In this document: positions 46,999 to 57,561 of the stretch, piece after piece
Layout: every line of letters begins with the position of its first letter
Numbering within the stretch: position 1 is the first letter of the stretch
The notes under the pieces: generated by a model
Database searches by the model: none
The model's input: the letters and a program-made list of their open reading frames with translations, nothing else
What the model was told of the DNA's origin: nothing
Source: Desulfobacterales bacterium
GTDB taxonomy: Bacteria > Desulfobacterota > Desulfobacteria > Desulfobacterales > UBA5616
DNA: 64,000 nucleotides
Direction: 5' to 3'
NCBI GenBank assembly: GCA_046483495.1
Contig: JAWODC010000067.1
Location: forward strand, 32,001 to 96,000
Program-made: the position numbers and the translations under genes

Positions 46999-47271
46999 GA
47001 AAGCCCCCTTAACGACCGGGTGAACTTCCATATTTACTTCTTATTGCGCATGTGATAAAAAAACAAATAAATTGCAATGGATACAGCCGTTTTTGAAAAA
47101 CTCTTTTGACGAAACGGTTTGCGAGCATCTGAAGACAGGGTTTTTCCTGTTTTATCCACACGCAAATGCACATCGATATGCCCTGTTTTTCTTTCAAAAT
47201 GACGCCGATGGCGGCCTGTGCCTTTGCCCCCGGCGTAATCGGGCGATTGACGACACCTTTAAACGGGAAGC

Positions 47272-48090
47272 ATGGGGAAGGTCATGACGTTTAAACAGAA
47301 TTTGTTGAAAAAAATAGAAATCGATCAGATGAGCCGCCATATTCTGAATACCATCGGGCCTTTCGAAAGCGGGCTGAAGCTGGATAAGGAAACCATGCGC
47401 CGGCTGTTGGAATTCGGCCGTTATGATTATCAGCATCAGCGTGATCTGGATTTATACATCGATGCAACAGACCCGGCAGCGAATTGGATACTGGTGTTGG
47501 ACAACGAGATCCCCATCTACCGCAGCACGATCAAAGATGTCGTCATGCGGAAAAGCCCGACCCTCAAGGAAATGTTGAGCATCCGCAACGCCGTTAAAAT
47601 TTTAAGCACATCGGATATTCTGGTGAGCAAAAAGGAAGATTCCGTAAAAATCGTTAGACGGAAATGCATCGATCTGCTGGATCTTTCGTTCGATCGTTCC
47701 GACATTTCCCAAATCGAAAACGAGGGAATCCAATCTCTGGAAAGGGATTATGCCGACGGCGTCCTGGAATCGCTTTTACTCTTCAGTGAATTGCTGGGAT
47801 ACGGCCCTGTGCCCAAAAAACTGGAACTGCCGCATCACGTCATATTCGGAATGCTCGACACAGGCGAAGCAGGCCTCCTTCGGCTGGGGCCGGTGGTTAT
47901 GTACAATAAAATCGAGGGTACACTGAAACTGAACCAGGATCGTTTCGAGGGCACTGAAAAAGAAATCGAATATGTCTTGGAAGAAGTTTCTTCCGGTCAT
48001 AAGGAGGCATCTTTCGAAGGGCCGGATGTTTTTAAACACCTTTCCGGGTCTGTGGAAATCCAGCCCCTAAACCTTGCCGATTCGTTTTAA
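47272..48090 (+). CDS. hypothetical protein
   Basis: 272-aa ORF filling the intergenic gap with protein-like composition; no motif recognised. Confidence 0.7.
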   Translation: MGKVMTFKQNLLKKIEIDQMSRHILNTIGPFESGLKLDKETMRRLLEFGRYDYQHQRDLDLYIDATDPAANWILVLDNEIPIYRSTIKDVVMRKSPTLKEMLSIRNAVKILSTSDILVSKKEDSVKIVRRKCIDLLDLSFDRSDISQIENEGIQSLERDYADGVLESLLLFSELLGYGPVPKKLELPHHVIFGMLDTGEAGLLRLGPVVMYNKIEGTLKLNQDRFEGTEKEIEYVLEEVSSGHKEASFEGPDVFKHLSGSVEIQPLNLADSF

Positions 48091-48104
48091 ATCATGCCGT
48101 TTCT

Positions 48105-48521
48105 TTATTTCAGGCTTACCAAACGGATGGTTCTCTCGCTTACTCCGAGGTCTCTCATTTCATCGGGTCGAACCCAGCGTGCATCCACGGCATCGTCACC
48201 GGCCTTTATTTCTCCTGAAAGGTAATCAGCCGAAACATCCACGATAACGAAATGGTATTCAATCGCGGCGTTTTCATCACGTGATATCATATCGAAGACG
48301 TAGACAGGGTCCCCGGCCTTAACCGAAATGCCTGTTTCCTCCAGGACTTCCCGTTCCGCCGCTTCCTGCAGGGTTTCGCCAAGCTCCACTCGACCGCCTG
48401 GAACGGACCATATCCCTTTTGAGGGAGATTTCCCCCGCTTGATCAAAAGGATGCGATTATCCCTGCATACCAGCGCGCCTACAGCCACCCGCGGTGCATC
48501 CGGGTATCTCGATGTAGTCAT
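48105..48521 (-). CDS. NUDIX hydrolase (MutT-like)
   Basis: WSVPGG.VELGETL..AA.REV.EETG Nudix box; ATGA overlap with rsmA. Confidence 0.9.
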   Translation of the reverse strand: MTTSRYPDAPRVAVGALVCRDNRILLIKRGKSPSKGIWSVPGGRVELGETLQEAAEREVLEETGISVKAGDPVYVFDMISRDENAAIEYHFVIVDVSADYLSGEIKAGDDAVDARWVRPDEMRDLGVSERTIRLVSLK

Positions 48522-49390
48522 TTTTGGTTTTTCTCCGGTAATAAGAAACAGATTTCACCGATGGTGTTGCTCAGCCGAACGAATTCCTGGATGGAAAGGG
48601 ATTCGGCTCTTCTTCCCGGATCGATTCCGGACCGCGTCAAGGCTGATGATGCGGCGGCGGGAGAAAGATGCAGTTCGCTTCCCGCCAGTGCGTTTTTCAA
48701 CGTCTTCCGGCGTTGACCGAACGCCGCCTTGATGACCCGGAAGAAAAACGCCTCATCATCCGCAGGAAAATCGGGCTCCTGCTTGAACTCGATGAGAAGA
48801 ACGGCGGAATCGATTGCCGGTTTGGGATAGAACCGGTCCGAGGACACTTGAAGCACCTTTTTTACGACCGCGCAATACTGAAGCATTACGGATATTCTGC
48901 CATAGGATCGACTCCCCGGTGGTTCGATTACCCGCTCCGCCAGTTCATCCTGAAGCATCACCACCGCCCTTGAAAGAACGCTGCGGGAGGCAACCAAACG
49001 AATCAGTATCTGGGAGGAAATATTGTAGGGAAGGTTTCCGGCGACAACGATGCCGCCCGGCTGGTTTTTAAACATCTTGGGTATATCGATGGAAAGAATA
49101 TTTTCAGTGAGAATATGGATATTGGTCAGCCGGTTCAGCAAGGTTTCCGTTTGCAGAAGTCCGGCAATGTCAGGGTCCTTTTCAACGGCATAAACCTGTT
49201 TTCCGGCTCTTGCCAGGGGAACCGTAAGGGCGCCCAATCCCGCCCCGATCTCGAGAATGGTGTCATCCGGTGAAATCCGGGTGTGACGAACGATCGCCTC
49301 GGCCGTTCGCGGGTCGGTTAGAAAATGCTGCCCCAAGGATTTGCTGGGTCTTAAATTCCAGGCTTTCAGTAATGTTTTTGGAGATGTCAT
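48518..49390 (-). CDS. rsmA: 16S rRNA m6,2A dimethyltransferase
   Basis: K.LGQHFL, LEIGAGLG, NLPYNISS, F.P.P.IDS, F.QRRKTL.N, RAE; start moved to ATG 49390. Confidence 0.93.
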   Translation of the reverse strand: MTSPKTLLKAWNLRPSKSLGQHFLTDPRTAEAIVRHTRISPDDTILEIGAGLGALTVPLARAGKQVYAVEKDPDIAGLLQTETLLNRLTNIHILTENILSIDIPKMFKNQPGGIVVAGNLPYNISSQILIRLVASRSVLSRAVVMLQDELAERVIEPPGSRSYGRISVMLQYCAVVKKVLQVSSDRFYPKPAIDSAVLLIEFKQEPDFPADDEAFFFRVIKAAFGQRRKTLKNALAGSELHLSPAAASSALTRSGIDPGRRAESLSIQEFVRLSNTIGEICFLLPEKNQK

Positions 49391-49641
49391 AAAAAATGTT
49401 CTGCGGTGAACGGCCGTCGAGGAAACGGCTTGATCGGTATCCGAGGTCGGCGAATGGTCCAAACCGCTTTGCCCTTCGATATAAAGTCCGAAAGTTCAAT
49501 GATCATTCAAGCACAAACAAGCGCGGTGCGCAAAATGTTTTTTAAACAGACTCGATGCCGGCTGACGGGTATGCGCTTGATATTATTATCTGCAATGATG
49601 CAAGCCGTATTGTAGTGACGATGTTCATCCCGGTCTTTGTC

Positions 49642-49670
49642 TTGACTTTTCATATGTAATTCAATATGTT
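49642..49670 (+). promoter_or_regulatory. putative sigma70 promoter for 49741-53118
   Basis: TTGACT-17bp-TATGTT. Confidence 0.5.
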
Positions 49671-49740
49671 TAAATTTTTAAATAAATCTTAGGGTTATCT
49701 TTTTCGAAGAAGTTGAATCCTCAATTGTAGGGAGCCTGCC

Positions 49741-50118
49741 ATGACGCGAAAAAAAAGCAAGCCCGTGAGTTATGATGCGATGGTAAAATTCTTTATGCAG
49801 TATCATAACATCCCGACCAAAAAGGATATTGAAAAGCTTCAGGATCAACTTGACCGGATCGAGCAAATGATTAAAGGCCTTTTCGGGACCGGGGCACTGC
49901 AAAAAGGACTCGACGGACGTTCTTCCAGGGGCCGGAAAACGGGATCGAGCGCCGCGGATATGGTGCTGAAGGCCGTCCAATCCGCGGAAAACGGCATCGG
50001 TATTCCAGGAATTCAGAAAAAAACCGGATTTGATGAAAAAAAGCTTCGAAATATTATTTACCGGCTCAACAAAACAGGTAAAATACGAAGGAAAAGCCGG
50101 GGTATTTACACTGCTTGA
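49741..50118 (+). CDS. small basic hypothetical protein with C-terminal winged-helix-like segment
   Basis: IPTKKDIEKL coiled coil; IQKKTGFDEKKLRNIIYRL.K.GKI...RG.Y wHTH-like pattern; RBS GGAG. Confidence 0.7.
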   Translation: MTRKKSKPVSYDAMVKFFMQYHNIPTKKDIEKLQDQLDRIEQMIKGLFGTGALQKGLDGRSSRGRKTGSSAADMVLKAVQSAENGIGIPGIQKKTGFDEKKLRNIIYRLNKTGKIRRKSRGIYTA

Positions 50119-50139
50119 ACCTTATCGGAAGGAATAACC

Positions 50140-53118
50140 ATGAACACGAATCCGGACAAACTGAATCCGGCGCTGGGCCGCGATGAGGTCCTTGGCAATC
50201 ATGCCGTTCGCCGGGATGTATATCTCGAAAATCTCAAGGCTCACTTGTATGAGCTCGAACACCTGCCGACCGGCGCACAGCATATCCATATCAGCAGGGA
50301 TGATGCCGAAAATACATTTGCCGTCGGCTTTAAAACCGTGCCGGCCGATTCAACCGGGGTTGCTCATATCCTGGAACATACGGTTTTATGCGGATCCAGA
50401 AAGTTCCCGGTCCGGGATCCATTCTTTTCAATGTTGAAACGAAGCCTCAACACCTTCATGAATGCCTTCACTGCATCCGATTGGACCCTTTATCCCTATG
50501 CAACGCAGAACAAGAAGGATTACTACAACCTGATGGATGTCTACCTGGACGCCGCCTTTTTCCCCATTATCGGTGAACTGAGCTTTAAACAGGAAGGCCA
50601 CCGGTTGGAAGTGGAACATCATGAAGAGGCACCGGAGGGGTTTTCTCTCCTGCGCAAGGGCGTGGTCTATAATGAGATGAAGGGGGCCATGTCTTCACCA
50701 CAACAGGTGATGTTCCGCTCGTTAATGAACGCGCTGTATCCGGATACGACCTATCAATTCAATTCAGGGGGAGATCCGGCTGAAATACCCAAATTGACGC
50801 ATGAACAGCTCGTAGCGTTTCATCGGCGTCACTACCACCCCGGCAATGCCTTCTTTTATACGTATGGGAACCTCCCCCTGGTGGACCACCTTCGGTTTAT
50901 CGAGGAAAAAGTGCTGCATCATTTTGATAAGATCGATCCGGATACGGAGGTGCCGAGTCAGCCGCGCTGGAGAGAAGAGCGGACCGCGACGTATGCTTAT
51001 CCGCTCAGCAAGTCGGAAGATCCCGAAACAAAGAACCAGGTTTGCATGGGCTGGTTATGCAATGACATAAAAGACACCTTCGATGTATTGAGCCTTTCTC
51101 TGCTGGAGCGTATCCTGTTGGGAAATGCCGCTTCCCCGCTTCGGAAGGCACTGATTGAATCGGGGCTCGGCAGTTCCTTGAGTGATGGAACCGGATATGA
51201 ACGGGACCACCGGGACACCATGTTCGCCTGCGGATTGAAGGATACCGCCGTTTCCGATGCTCCGGCGATCAGGGATATCATTTTTGATACCCTCACCTCC
51301 CTGTGCACCGACGGCATTGACAAGGAAATGATTGATTCGGCGATTCATCAAATGGAGTTTCGCAGAAAGGAGGTCACCAATACACCGTATCCCTACGGCA
51401 TCAAACTGCTGCTTACGTTTGGGGGCAGCTGGTTCCATGGAGCCGACCCGGTGCGGGTGCTGCTTTTCGATGAAGATATACAAAAAATAAAAGCCCGTGT
51501 ATCCCAAGGGCCCTTTTTCGAAAATCTGATCCGCCGGTATTTTTTGGACAATCACCACCGCGTATTCTTTACGTTGACGCCTGATTCCGAAATGGAGGAA
51601 AACGAATCGCGAAGGGTTGCGTCGGAACTCGATCAGATACGGAAAACATTGACGGACGAGGATATTCAAAAGATCCGGTCCGACCAGGAGGCGTTGGCCC
51701 GCCTACAGAATGCCGAGGAAGATCCGTCAAGCCTGCCGACATTGGCAATTGAAGATATACCGCCCGAGATCAAAATGGTCTCGGAAACGCCGGCGCCGCC
51801 GAAGGTGCCGGTGACCGCTTACAATCAGCCGACGTCCGGGATCTTATACAACACAACCGTATTTCATACGCACGGCGTCGATCGGAAATTTATTCCCCTG
51901 ATGCCGGTTTTCAGCATGATCTTTTCTAAAGCCGGGACCCGAAAACACGATTACATGGAGATGGCCCGTCTTATCGACGCCCATACGGGGGGAATCGGTA
52001 TGGCGGCTCATGCCAGGATGGGGTTTACAAACAGTGAATGCATATCCTTCGTATCTTTAAGGGGAAAGTGCCTGAATCGCAATATTGCCGAAATGTTCGA
52101 CCTGCTGGGGGAATTACTGGTTGAATTCGAACCTTCGAACCTCGACCGCATCAGAGTGTTATTGAAGCAGTACAGGGCATCGATGGAAAGCAGCATCGTT
52201 CAAAACGGCCACCGGCTGGCCCTGTCCCTGGCATCTCGAAACTTTTCTCCGGCCCGATGGATGGAGGAAATATGGCACGGCATAACCCAGCTGTTGAGCG
52301 CCAAAAAGATCACCGGCGATTTGGGCGAGGGGGCAATCAGGCATTTGTGTGATGAGCTGGTTGAACTCGGCAAACAGCTGCTTGCCGCCGGCAACATGGA
52401 AACCGCCGTCACCGGTGAGGAAGAAGTGCTGGAGAATTCCCGGCTGAAGGCTGCTGCACTCGGCGCCGAACTGCCTTACGGCCGGTCGGGCGATGAAGCC
52501 CCGAAGGGCTTCGAGGAGATGAACGGCCTTCCGTTCGAAGGCTGGCACACCTCATCGGCTGTTTCCTTTGTTGCCGGTTGTTTCCAAACCGTTCGCATGA
52601 CGCATGCCGATGCGCCGGCGCTGTTCGTCATCAGCAAGATGCTGCGGTCGTTGTACCTTCACCGGGAAATTCGGGAAAAGGGCGGGGCATATGGCGGTTT
52701 TGCCGTTTACAATCTGGAGGACGGCATTTTCGGCCTGGCTTCATACCGGGATCCTCATATCGTCCAGACCCTTAAGGTGTATGATGGGGTCGAGGATTTT
52801 TTGAAGTCCGGCCGATATCATGATGAAGATATCAAGGAAGCCATACTGCAGTGCTGCTCGGAAATCGACAAACCGGATGCTCCGGGTGAGGCGGGACTGA
52901 AGGCATTTTACAGAAGATTAATAGGGATGGGAGATGAACAGCGACGCTCCTTTAAACAAGGCCTGCTTGCGGTGACACGCGAACAGGTTGCGGCGGCAGG
53001 CGAAGCGTATTTCAACAAGGATCGCAACCAGCGGGCCGTAGCGGTGATTTCCAGCCTTTCGCGGCTCGAGGAGGCGGCGAAGAAATTGGATCGGCCGTTG
53101 AGTCTGCATCGGATATGA
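50140..53118 (+). CDS. M16C metallopeptidase (presequence protease PreP/Cym1-like)
   Basis: inverted zincin HILEH, GS.KFP.RDPFF, NAFT, GVVYNEMKG, SGGDP, REKGGAYG, SYRDP. Confidence 0.92.
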   Translation: MNTNPDKLNPALGRDEVLGNHAVRRDVYLENLKAHLYELEHLPTGAQHIHISRDDAENTFAVGFKTVPADSTGVAHILEHTVLCGSRKFPVRDPFFSMLKRSLNTFMNAFTASDWTLYPYATQNKKDYYNLMDVYLDAAFFPIIGELSFKQEGHRLEVEHHEEAPEGFSLLRKGVVYNEMKGAMSSPQQVMFRSLMNALYPDTTYQFNSGGDPAEIPKLTHEQLVAFHRRHYHPGNAFFYTYGNLPLVDHLRFIEEKVLHHFDKIDPDTEVPSQPRWREERTATYAYPLSKSEDPETKNQVCMGWLCNDIKDTFDVLSLSLLERILLGNAASPLRKALIESGLGSSLSDGTGYERDHRDTMFACGLKDTAVSDAPAIRDIIFDTLTSLCTDGIDKEMIDSAIHQMEFRRKEVTNTPYPYGIKLLLTFGGSWFHGADPVRVLLFDEDIQKIKARVSQGPFFENLIRRYFLDNHHRVFFTLTPDSEMEENESRRVASELDQIRKTLTDEDIQKIRSDQEALARLQNAEEDPSSLPTLAIEDIPPEIKMVSETPAPPKVPVTAYNQPTSGILYNTTVFHTHGVDRKFIPLMPVFSMIFSKAGTRKHDYMEMARLIDAHTGGIGMAAHARMGFTNSECISFVSLRGKCLNRNIAEMFDLLGELLVEFEPSNLDRIRVLLKQYRASMESSIVQNGHRLALSLASRNFSPARWMEEIWHGITQLLSAKKITGDLGEGAIRHLCDELVELGKQLLAAGNMETAVTGEEEVLENSRLKAAALGAELPYGRSGDEAPKGFEEMNGLPFEGWHTSSAVSFVAGCFQTVRMTHADAPALFVISKMLRSLYLHREIREKGGAYGGFAVYNLEDGIFGLASYRDPHIVQTLKVYDGVEDFLKSGRYHDEDIKEAILQCCSEIDKPDAPGEAGLKAFYRRLIGMGDEQRRSFKQGLLAVTREQVAAAGEAYFNKDRNQRAVAVISSLSRLEEAAKKLDRPLSLHRI

Positions 53119-53183
53119 AAGGTTAGGATGGGTTGTGGATTAGGGGGGGAATAAAATGTGGTTCCCATCCGTTTTGACAATTC

Positions 53184-53225
53184 TTTACGAACTGCGCTTC
53201 ACGATTTACGATTCACGATTCACCG
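53184..53225. repeat. 7-bp tandem repeat (TTYACGA-type) at the 3' end of aspS
   Basis: tttacga actgcgc ttcacga tttacga ttcacga ttcaccg. Confidence 0.7.
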
Positions 53226-55006
53226 GCAATGATCTTTATCCGCAAATTCAATTCATCCAGCTGCTCCCGGGTGGCGGAAGACGGGGCATCCGTCATCAGG
53301 CAGCTGGCCTTTTGCGTTTTAGGAAATGCGATCACGTCCCGAATCGATGATTGGCCGCACAATATCATAACAAGCCGGTCAAAACCGAACGCCAGTCCGC
53401 CATGGGGAGGCGCGCCGGATTCCAGGGCGGACAGCAGGAAGCCGAATTTTTCCTCGGCCTCTTCCGGCGATATGCCAAGGGATTTGAATACCCGATCCTG
53501 CAGCGTTTTCTGATGAATACGGATGCTTCCACCCCCGATTTCCGATCCGTTCAACACGAGGTCATAAGCACGGGAACGGACATTCAGCGGATCTGTTTCA
53601 AGCTTATCGATATCTTCAGGAAGGGGTGCGGTAAACGGATGATGCAAGGCCTGATTCCGCTTTTCGGTATCATCATAAGCCATTAAAGGGAAATGTGTGA
53701 TCCACACAAACCGGTGCCGGCTTTCATCGATGAGGCCGAGTTTGCCGCCGAGATGGTTACGCAAATGGCCCAGTGCTTCATTTGCGATTTTGGCCTGATC
53801 CGCCACGAAGAAAACCAGATCTCCCGGTTCCATGTCGATGCGTTCGATCATCTTTTTCTTTTCGTCATCCGAGAAGTACTTGGCTATGGGTGACTGCCAT
53901 GCGTCTTCTTTCACCTTGATCCAGGCCAATCCCCTTGCCCTGTAAATAGCCGCAAATTCGGTCAGATCATCGATTTCCTTTCGCGATAAATCAATGCAAC
54001 CCTTGGCATTCATGGCTTTGACAATGCCGCCTTTTTTAACCACCTCGGAAAACACCTTGAATTGGGATGCACTCACGATGTCGGACACATCCCGCAACTC
54101 CATCCCGAAACGCAAATCCGGTTTATCCAGCCCGTAGCGGTCCATGGCTTCGGCGTAGGTCAGCCTGGGAAACGGCACGTCGAGTCGCGTGCCGAGAACG
54201 TCATCGAACACCGCCGCCATCATGCCCTCGGCCACCGACATGACGTCTTCTTCCACCACGAACGACATTTCGAGGTCGATTTGGGTGAATTCCGGCTGTC
54301 GATCCGCACGAAGATCCTCATCCCTGAAGCATCGTACAATCTGGTAATACCGGTCGAACCCCGAAATCATCAACAGCTGTTTGAACAATTGGGGGGATTG
54401 GGGCAGGGCGTAAAAACAGCCTGGATTCACCCGGCTTGGGACCAGGTAATCCCTTGCGCCTTCCGGTGTGCTTCGGGTCAGAAACGGGGTTTCAATATCG
54501 ATGAATCCCAGAGCGTTCAGGAAGCGGCGGACAATACGGCCCACCTCATGGCGTGTGATGATATTTTTCTGAAGCCTGCTGCGCCGAAGATCCAGGTGGC
54601 GGTATTTCAACCGGACCGGTTCCGACACATCGATATCATCCTCGATCAAAAAGGGCGGGGTTGCGGCCGTGTTGAGAATTCTAAGCTCGATAACGGTTAC
54701 CTCGATGTCACCGGTTTTCAGATTGGAATTCACCATTCCCGGGGGGCGCAAATCGACGTGCCCGCGAACGGCGATTACAAATTCGTTCCGCATCGCATGA
54801 GCCTTTTCATGAATCTGCTGATCGACCTCGGGGTTAAACACGACCTGCGTAATGCCTTCCCGATCCCGTAAATCCACGAAGATAACACCACCGTGATCCC
54901 GTCTGCGTTGAACCCACCCCATCAGCACCACTTCCTCACCCAGATTCGTTTTGTCAAGCTGTCGGCAATGGTGGGTTCTTCGCATATTATTCAAAAAATC
55001 CGTCAA
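53213..55006 (-). CDS. aspS: aspartate--tRNA ligase (probably non-discriminating Asp/Asn)
   Basis: [43 protein letters not shown] start behind GGAG. Confidence 0.96.
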   Translation of the reverse strand: MTDFLNNMRRTHHCRQLDKTNLGEEVVLMGWVQRRRDHGGVIFVDLRDREGITQVVFNPEVDQQIHEKAHAMRNEFVIAVRGHVDLRPPGMVNSNLKTGDIEVTVIELRILNTAATPPFLIEDDIDVSEPVRLKYRHLDLRRSRLQKNIITRHEVGRIVRRFLNALGFIDIETPFLTRSTPEGARDYLVPSRVNPGCFYALPQSPQLFKQLLMISGFDRYYQIVRCFRDEDLRADRQPEFTQIDLEMSFVVEEDVMSVAEGMMAAVFDDVLGTRLDVPFPRLTYAEAMDRYGLDKPDLRFGMELRDVSDIVSASQFKVFSEVVKKGGIVKAMNAKGCIDLSRKEIDDLTEFAAIYRARGLAWIKVKEDAWQSPIAKYFSDDEKKKMIERIDMEPGDLVFFVADQAKIANEALGHLRNHLGGKLGLIDESRHRFVWITHFPLMAYDDTEKRNQALHHPFTAPLPEDIDKLETDPLNVRSRAYDLVLNGSEIGGGSIRIHQKTLQDRVFKSLGISPEEAEEKFGFLLSALESGAPPHGGLAFGFDRLVMILCGQSSIRDVIAFPKTQKASCLMTDAPSSATREQLDELNLRIKIIAGES

Positions 55007-55019
55007 ATCAACGCTCCTT

Positions 55020-56318
55020 TCACACCCCGTTTTCCATTGAATTCGTCGGGTGGGCACTACTGTCGCCTTTTAATGTTTCCTCGATGACACGGACCACTTC
55101 GGCCAGCGGAATTTCTTCCTGAGATTTGGTGGACATGTTTCTCAGGACGGCTTTGCCTTTTAGTAATTCGTTTTCTCCTAAAATCAGAACATAGGCCGCT
55201 TTGAGCCGGTCGGCCCGCTTCATCTGGCTTTTTAAGCTTCTGCCGTCGTAATCCATATCGGTCTGAATGCCTGCCTCGGACAGCGTACAAAGCCATTCAT
55301 AGGCCAACTCCCGGCTGTTTTCGTCCAGCGCTGCAATATAACATCCCGGATGCCGGACATGATCTTCTGTTTCATGCTGCAGCAGTTCGGCAAGCCGGTC
55401 AAAACCCACGGCAAATCCTACGGCCGGCTGATCCGGTCCGCCAAGGGCGCCTACCAATCCATCGTATCGGCCGCCGCCTGCGACGGCGCTTTGTGCTCCC
55501 AGCCGCCCGGTTTGAATTTCAAAGGTCGTGCGGGTGTAGTAATCGAGTCCGCGAACCAGTCTACGATTCAGGACAAAGGGGATGTCCTGTTTTGCCAGCT
55601 GGGTCTTTACCGCATCGAAATGCCGGAAACAATCATGGCATAAATGGTCCGATATTGTCGGCGCATTCTGCATGGCTTCGATGCAGCCCGGAACCTTGCA
55701 GTCCAGTACCCTCAGCGGATTTTTTTGGCTGCGGATTTTGCAGTCTTCACAGAGCCCCTGAACCTTATCCGTCAGGTATTCGCTTAATAAAGCCCGATAT
55801 CCGGGCCGGCACCGGGGGCATCCCAGTGAATTCAGTTGTAAATAAAGGTCCGAAACCCGCAGCCGGTTGAAAAACGTCATCAGCATGAAGATGATTTGGG
55901 CGTCGATCAGCGGCGAGGCAATGCCGAACACCTCCGCATTGATTTGGTAAAACTGCCGATAGCGCCCTTTCTGGGGCCTTTCCCGGCGGAACATCGGGCC
56001 GAGGGTATAGAGTTTTTTCACCGGATCGCCGGCATAGAGTTTATGCTGGATATAGGCTCTGACCACCGATGCGGTTGCTTCCGGCCGCATCGTGATCATC
56101 TCGCCTTTGCGGTCGGGAAACGTATACATCTCTTTTTCCACAATATCCGTATGCTCGCCGATACTTCGGGCAAAAAGTTCCGTATGCTCCAGTACCGGAA
56201 TTCGGATTTCTTTGAATCCGAAGTCCTGAAAAAGCGTTACGGCGGTTTTTTCGATATAATGCCACAAATCGGATTCCGGCGGCAGAATATCTTTAAATCC
56301 CCTGATAAGCTGAATCAT
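55020..56318 (-). CDS. hisS: histidine--tRNA ligase
   Basis: [41 protein letters not shown]. Confidence 0.96.
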   Translation of the reverse strand: MIQLIRGFKDILPPESDLWHYIEKTAVTLFQDFGFKEIRIPVLEHTELFARSIGEHTDIVEKEMYTFPDRKGEMITMRPEATASVVRAYIQHKLYAGDPVKKLYTLGPMFRRERPQKGRYRQFYQINAEVFGIASPLIDAQIIFMLMTFFNRLRVSDLYLQLNSLGCPRCRPGYRALLSEYLTDKVQGLCEDCKIRSQKNPLRVLDCKVPGCIEAMQNAPTISDHLCHDCFRHFDAVKTQLAKQDIPFVLNRRLVRGLDYYTRTTFEIQTGRLGAQSAVAGGGRYDGLVGALGGPDQPAVGFAVGFDRLAELLQHETEDHVRHPGCYIAALDENSRELAYEWLCTLSEAGIQTDMDYDGRSLKSQMKRADRLKAAYVLILGENELLKGKAVLRNMSTKSQEEIPLAEVVRVIEETLKGDSSAHPTNSMENGV

Positions 56319-56654
56319 TACTCATCTCCGGCCCTGTTTCCTCCGGCATTCTTCGAACCGAGACCGGAATTCGAATCACCGGCAGGCTGCAGCCGCAAGA
56401 GGTCGGCCGTTTCTAATCATTCGTAATTACACGTTTTTATTTTAAGATTTCACGCTATAAACAAATATTTTTATCCTAATTCTGTTCGGTAAGTCAATAT
56501 CATTATGCAGTAAATTGAAAAGACCCTCAAGAAGCCCGGCAGTTGCTGCACCGTTTTCATGGGTTTTCGTTTGACAGTGCAAGCAGGGTCATAATAATAT
56601 ATAATTTTAGTGCCGTAAAAGGGCTGAGCGGCCTGTATATTTGGAGGCAAATCC

Positions 56655-57248
56655 ATGCATGGCGAAACGAATTCCACCGGTGAATTTACCAAAAAACAGG
56701 GACGGGTTTTGGTTGATTTGGCCCGAAATACGATTGCAAACCGATTGGGTAAAACCGGGAGTTCGGAACAACCGGAGACCGCTCTTTCGTCTGACGCCTT
56801 TCAGCGGCGCCGGGGTACCTTCGTGACCTTGAAGAAACAGGGGCAGTTGCGAGGCTGTATCGGAAGTCTTTCAGCCGACGAATCGGTTGCGGAGGGGGTT
56901 CGCCGGAATGCGATCAATGCGGCTTTCCATGACCCGCGTTTTAATCCGCTTTCGGAAGATGAACTTGAACAGGTTACGGTGGAAGTCAGTATTTTATCGG
57001 AACCAAAATCCCTTCACTATGAGGATGCAAACGACCTAGTCGCAAAATTACGGCCGAATATCGATGGCGTTATTCTTCGAAAAGGCTATCACAGCGCGAC
57101 TTTTTTGCCTCAGGTATGGGAACAGCTGAAAAACCCCGAAGACTTCTTGCTTCACCTCTGCAGGAAGGCAGGTTTGGCCGGTGATGCCTGGCGAACGTCC
57201 AAGCTGGAAATTTTGACTTACCAGGTCGAATATTTCGAGGAGCATTAG
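56655..57248 (+). CDS. amrA: AmmeMemoRadiSam system protein A (AMMECR1 domain)
   Basis: GTFVTL...LRGCIGS, AF.DPRF, EVSILS, ATFLPQVW, LC.KAG. Confidence 0.88.
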   Translation: MHGETNSTGEFTKKQGRVLVDLARNTIANRLGKTGSSEQPETALSSDAFQRRRGTFVTLKKQGQLRGCIGSLSADESVAEGVRRNAINAAFHDPRFNPLSEDELEQVTVEVSILSEPKSLHYEDANDLVAKLRPNIDGVILRKGYHSATFLPQVWEQLKNPEDFLLHLCRKAGLAGDAWRTSKLEILTYQVEYFEEH

Positions 57249-57271
57249 CCCGGCGTTTTGTGAAATACGGA

Positions 57272-57481
57272 TCAGTCCACCGCGATCATTACGCTGGAGG
57301 CCTTAATCATGGCGTTGGCCTTTTTGCCGACTTCCAATCCGAGCCTTTTCACCGAATTAATCGTGATAATGGATACGATTTTCTGCCCGTCAGGCAGTTC
57401 GAGCTCCACTTCGGCATTCACGGCTCCCATGGTAATGTCGGAAACCTTACCCGAAATTAAATTTCTGGCGCTTAGTTTCAT
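57272..57481 (-). CDS. molybdate/tungstate-binding Mop (TOBE) protein
   Basis: MKLSARN...G, SIIT..S...LGL..G...A.IKAS. Confidence 0.88.
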   Translation of the reverse strand: MKLSARNLISGKVSDITMGAVNAEVELELPDGQKIVSIITINSVKRLGLEVGKKANAMIKASSVMIAVD

Positions 57482-57561
57482 GTGCTGCCTCCTCTCGTTT
57501 ATACCGGCGGGTATCCGGAGTGCATCGTGTTTTATTTCCGATGGTCGCGGCGTTTGCCTTT

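Noticed and set aside
47200..47260. Minus-strand GGGGGCAAAGGCACAGG resembling part of a c-di-GMP-I riboswitch
   Set aside because: The first hairpin (GGCAAA...GNRA) is absent; partial similarity only.
56319..56460. TTCGAA T-loop-like motifs in the hisS leader suggesting a tRNA or T-box
   Set aside because: No cloverleaf or proper 5-bp T-stem, and no T-box GGTGG.ACC motif or terminator.
56655..57248. Lone amrA without amrB/amrS
   Set aside because: These genes are often dispersed; absence from one window is uninformative.
57520..57545. ATCG...CGAT upstream of mop as a ModE box
   Set aside because: Spacing is too short and the TATATA half-sites are missing.
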